From assembly GCA_023379605.1 (NCBI GenBank), contig JAMCQF010000106.1:1-46436 (forward strand): DNA of 46,436 nt. Direction: 5' to 3'. A program made the translations under genes and the position numbers. The notes below the pieces were generated by a model. That model ran no database searches. It was not told the DNA's origin and saw only the letters and a list, made by a program, of their open reading frames with translations. Positions 44,734-46,436 of this stretch are shown one piece after another (within the stretch, counting starts at the first letter, position 1; every line of letters starts with the position of its first letter). This DNA comes from Actinomycetota bacterium. GTDB taxonomy: Bacteria; Actinomycetota; Acidimicrobiia; Acidimicrobiales; JAMCQF01.

Positions 44734-46359
44734 ATGGACAGGCCATTTGCAGTGACCCTAGACGTAGGGTCCAGCCGAGCCAATAAGACCGGCAGCTGGC
44801 GGGTAGAGCGACCTGTGTATGTGGACCGACTGCCGCCTTGCAACGACGCGTGCCCGGCCGGAGAGAACATTCAGGGCTGGCTCTACCATGGCGAGGAGGG
44901 AGGCTACGAAGAGGCGTGGCGCACCATCATGGCTGACAACCCTTTCCCTTCGGTCATGGGCCGGATCTGCTACCACCCATGCGAGGCCGAGTGCAACCGT
45001 GCCCGGCTCGATCAGGCAGTGGGTATCAATGCTGTGGAGCGGTTCCTCGGCGACCAAGCCATAGCCGAGGGTTGGGAGCTGCACGTGGAGGTCGCGCCCA
45101 GCGGCAAGAGCGTCCTTGTGATAGGTGCGGGTCCCGCAGGCCTCTCCGCCGCCTACCATCTCCGCCGCCTGGGTCACTCCGTGACCGTATGTGAAGCCAG
45201 CGGGGCCCCTGGTGGGATGATGATGTTTGGGATACCCAAGTATCGGCTCCCGCGCGAGGTTCTAGAGGCCGAGGTGTCGAGGATATCTGGCTTTGGAGTT
45301 GAGATGCTTTTCAACCACAAGGTCGCCGATGTGCTCCAGGAGATGAGCGAAGGTGGGTTTGACGCAGCGTTCATAGCGGTGGGTGCAGAGCTGTCCCATA
45401 GAGCTTACATACCGGCTGGGGACAGCTCCCACGTCCTGGACGCGCTGTCACTTCTTGAGTCTACGAACGAGGAAAGCCCACTTGCTCTCGGCAGGCGGGT
45501 CGTGGTCTATGGGGGCGGTGACACAGCTATGGATGCCGCTCGTACGGCGAGGAGGTTGGGGGCGACCGATCCCGTGGTGGTCTACCGGCGTACCCGTGAA
45601 CGAATGCCAGCACATCCTATCGAAGTTCAAGAAGCTCTTGAGGAAGGTGTAAAGATGCGCTGGCTGTCTACGATCAAGGACCTAAAGGGCAACAAGGTGA
45701 TCTTGGAGCGGATGGAGCTGGATGGTGACGGGATGCCCCAGCGGACCGGCGAGCTGGAGGAGCTCGATGCCGATAGCGTCGTTCTCGCACTTGGACAGGA
45801 GGTCGACATCTCCCTGGTAGAAGCCATTCCGGGCGTTGTGGTGTCCAACGGCGCAGTTCAGGTGGACAAGACTATGATGACGGGACATCCAGGAATATTC
45901 TCCGGTGGAGACATGGTGGCCGGGGAGCGTACGGTCACAAGTGCTATAGGGCATGGCAAGCAGGCCGCCCGCTTCATAGATGGATGGCTGCGTGGTGAGC
46001 CCTACCGCCATGTGGCTCGCCATGAGCTAGCAGAGTTCTCCCACCTTAACACCTGGTACTACTCGGACGCGCCGGCCACTATCGCAGCCAAGCTTGACCC
46101 GATACGGCGTCAGTCCAGCTTCGAGGAGGTCGTGCTCGGACTGGACGAGTCCACCGCTTTATTCGAGGCCCGGCGGTGCATGTCCTGTGGGAACTGCTTT
46201 GAGTGTGACAACTGCTATGGGATGTGCCCCGACAATGCTGTGGTCAAGCTCGGTGATCACAAGCGCTACCGGTTCGACTACGACTACTGCAAGGGCTGCG
46301 CGATATGTGCCACCGAATGTCCCTGCGGGGCCATCGTCATGGTTCCCGAGCAAGTCTGA
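44734..46359 (+). CDS. GltD/SudA-like NAD(P)H FAD/Fe-S oxidoreductase flanked by PorD-like (delta subunit) segments
   Basis: NKTGSWRVERPV; PPC...CP, GRICYHPCE..C, GAGPAG, GGGDTAMD; EARRCMSCG; two CxxCxxCxxxCP ferredoxin motifs ending DYDYCKGCAICATECPCGAI; AAGGAGG RBS. Confidence 0.9.
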   Translation: MDRPFAVTLDVGSSRANKTGSWRVERPVYVDRLPPCNDACPAGENIQGWLYHGEEGGYEEAWRTIMADNPFPSVMGRICYHPCEAECNRARLDQAVGINAVERFLGDQAIAEGWELHVEVAPSGKSVLVIGAGPAGLSAAYHLRRLGHSVTVCEASGAPGGMMMFGIPKYRLPREVLEAEVSRISGFGVEMLFNHKVADVLQEMSEGGFDAAFIAVGAELSHRAYIPAGDSSHVLDALSLLESTNEESPLALGRRVVVYGGGDTAMDAARTARRLGATDPVVVYRRTRERMPAHPIEVQEALEEGVKMRWLSTIKDLKGNKVILERMELDGDGMPQRTGELEELDADSVVLALGQEVDISLVEAIPGVVVSNGAVQVDKTMMTGHPGIFSGGDMVAGERTVTSAIGHGKQAARFIDGWLRGEPYRHVARHELAEFSHLNTWYYSDAPATIAAKLDPIRRQSSFEEVVLGLDESTALFEARRCMSCGNCFECDNCYGMCPDNAVVKLGDHKRYRFDYDYCKGCAICATECPCGAIVMVPEQV

Positions 46360-46380
46360 CAACAGTTAGGAGAGATATCT

Positions 46381-46436
46381 ATGGAGCCTATCCGCTGGTT
46401 TAAGAGCATTGGCCTGGGCGATGTCAGCTCAGTGGG
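46381..46436 (+). CDS. ppsA: N-terminus of phosphoenolpyruvate synthase / PEP-pyruvate-binding protein (truncated by window end)
   Basis: MEPIRWFKSIGLGDVSSVG leads into the expected VGGK motif of PpsA; AGGAGAG RBS. Confidence 0.7.
   Translation, partial: MEPIRWFKSIGLGDVSSV

Noticed and set aside
1-46436. tRNA, rRNA, riboswitch, IS/transposase or prophage genes
   Set aside because: No recognisable signature by eye; a covariance-model scan of the larger gaps (2014-2360, 23395-23630, 42183-42369, 44140-44730) would be needed to exclude ncRNAs

Overview
GC-rich, gene-dense bacterial chromosome segment whose gene content suggests an actinobacterium, most likely of class Acidimicrobiia (inference). 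The left ~23 kb is mostly housekeeping/metabolic: tail of a probable MobF-type relaxase, D-2-hydroxyacid dehydrogenase, HU with a long histone-H1-like tail, PIG-L deacetylase, cofC, class III adenylate cyclase, GH38 mannosidase, RpiB, GYD protein, RNase HII, acyl-CoA dehydrogenase, DMT-LLM-nfo, an aminotransferase-SCP2-APC permease operon, a membrane diguanylate cyclase behind a near-consensus sigma28/WhiG promoter, and an L,D-transpeptidase. The right ~23 kb looks like a low-oxygen regulon: five DosR/DevR-type palindromes (GGGnC-N4-GnCCC-like) each sit at the same distance from a -10-like hexamer, ahead of cydABDC, an orphan split cytochrome b pair with no Rieske or cytochrome c gene, a USP unit, a partly decayed pyruvate:ferredoxin oxidoreductase operon and a PorD/GltD hybrid followed by ppsA. 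It also holds an ECF sigma factor fused to a zinc-finger anti-sigma domain, a HicA-like/baeRF-like fusion and several pseudogenes (MFS, porC, Ku). No tRNA, rRNA, transposase or convincing CRISPR array was seen. All product calls come from motif recognition by eye, not database searches.
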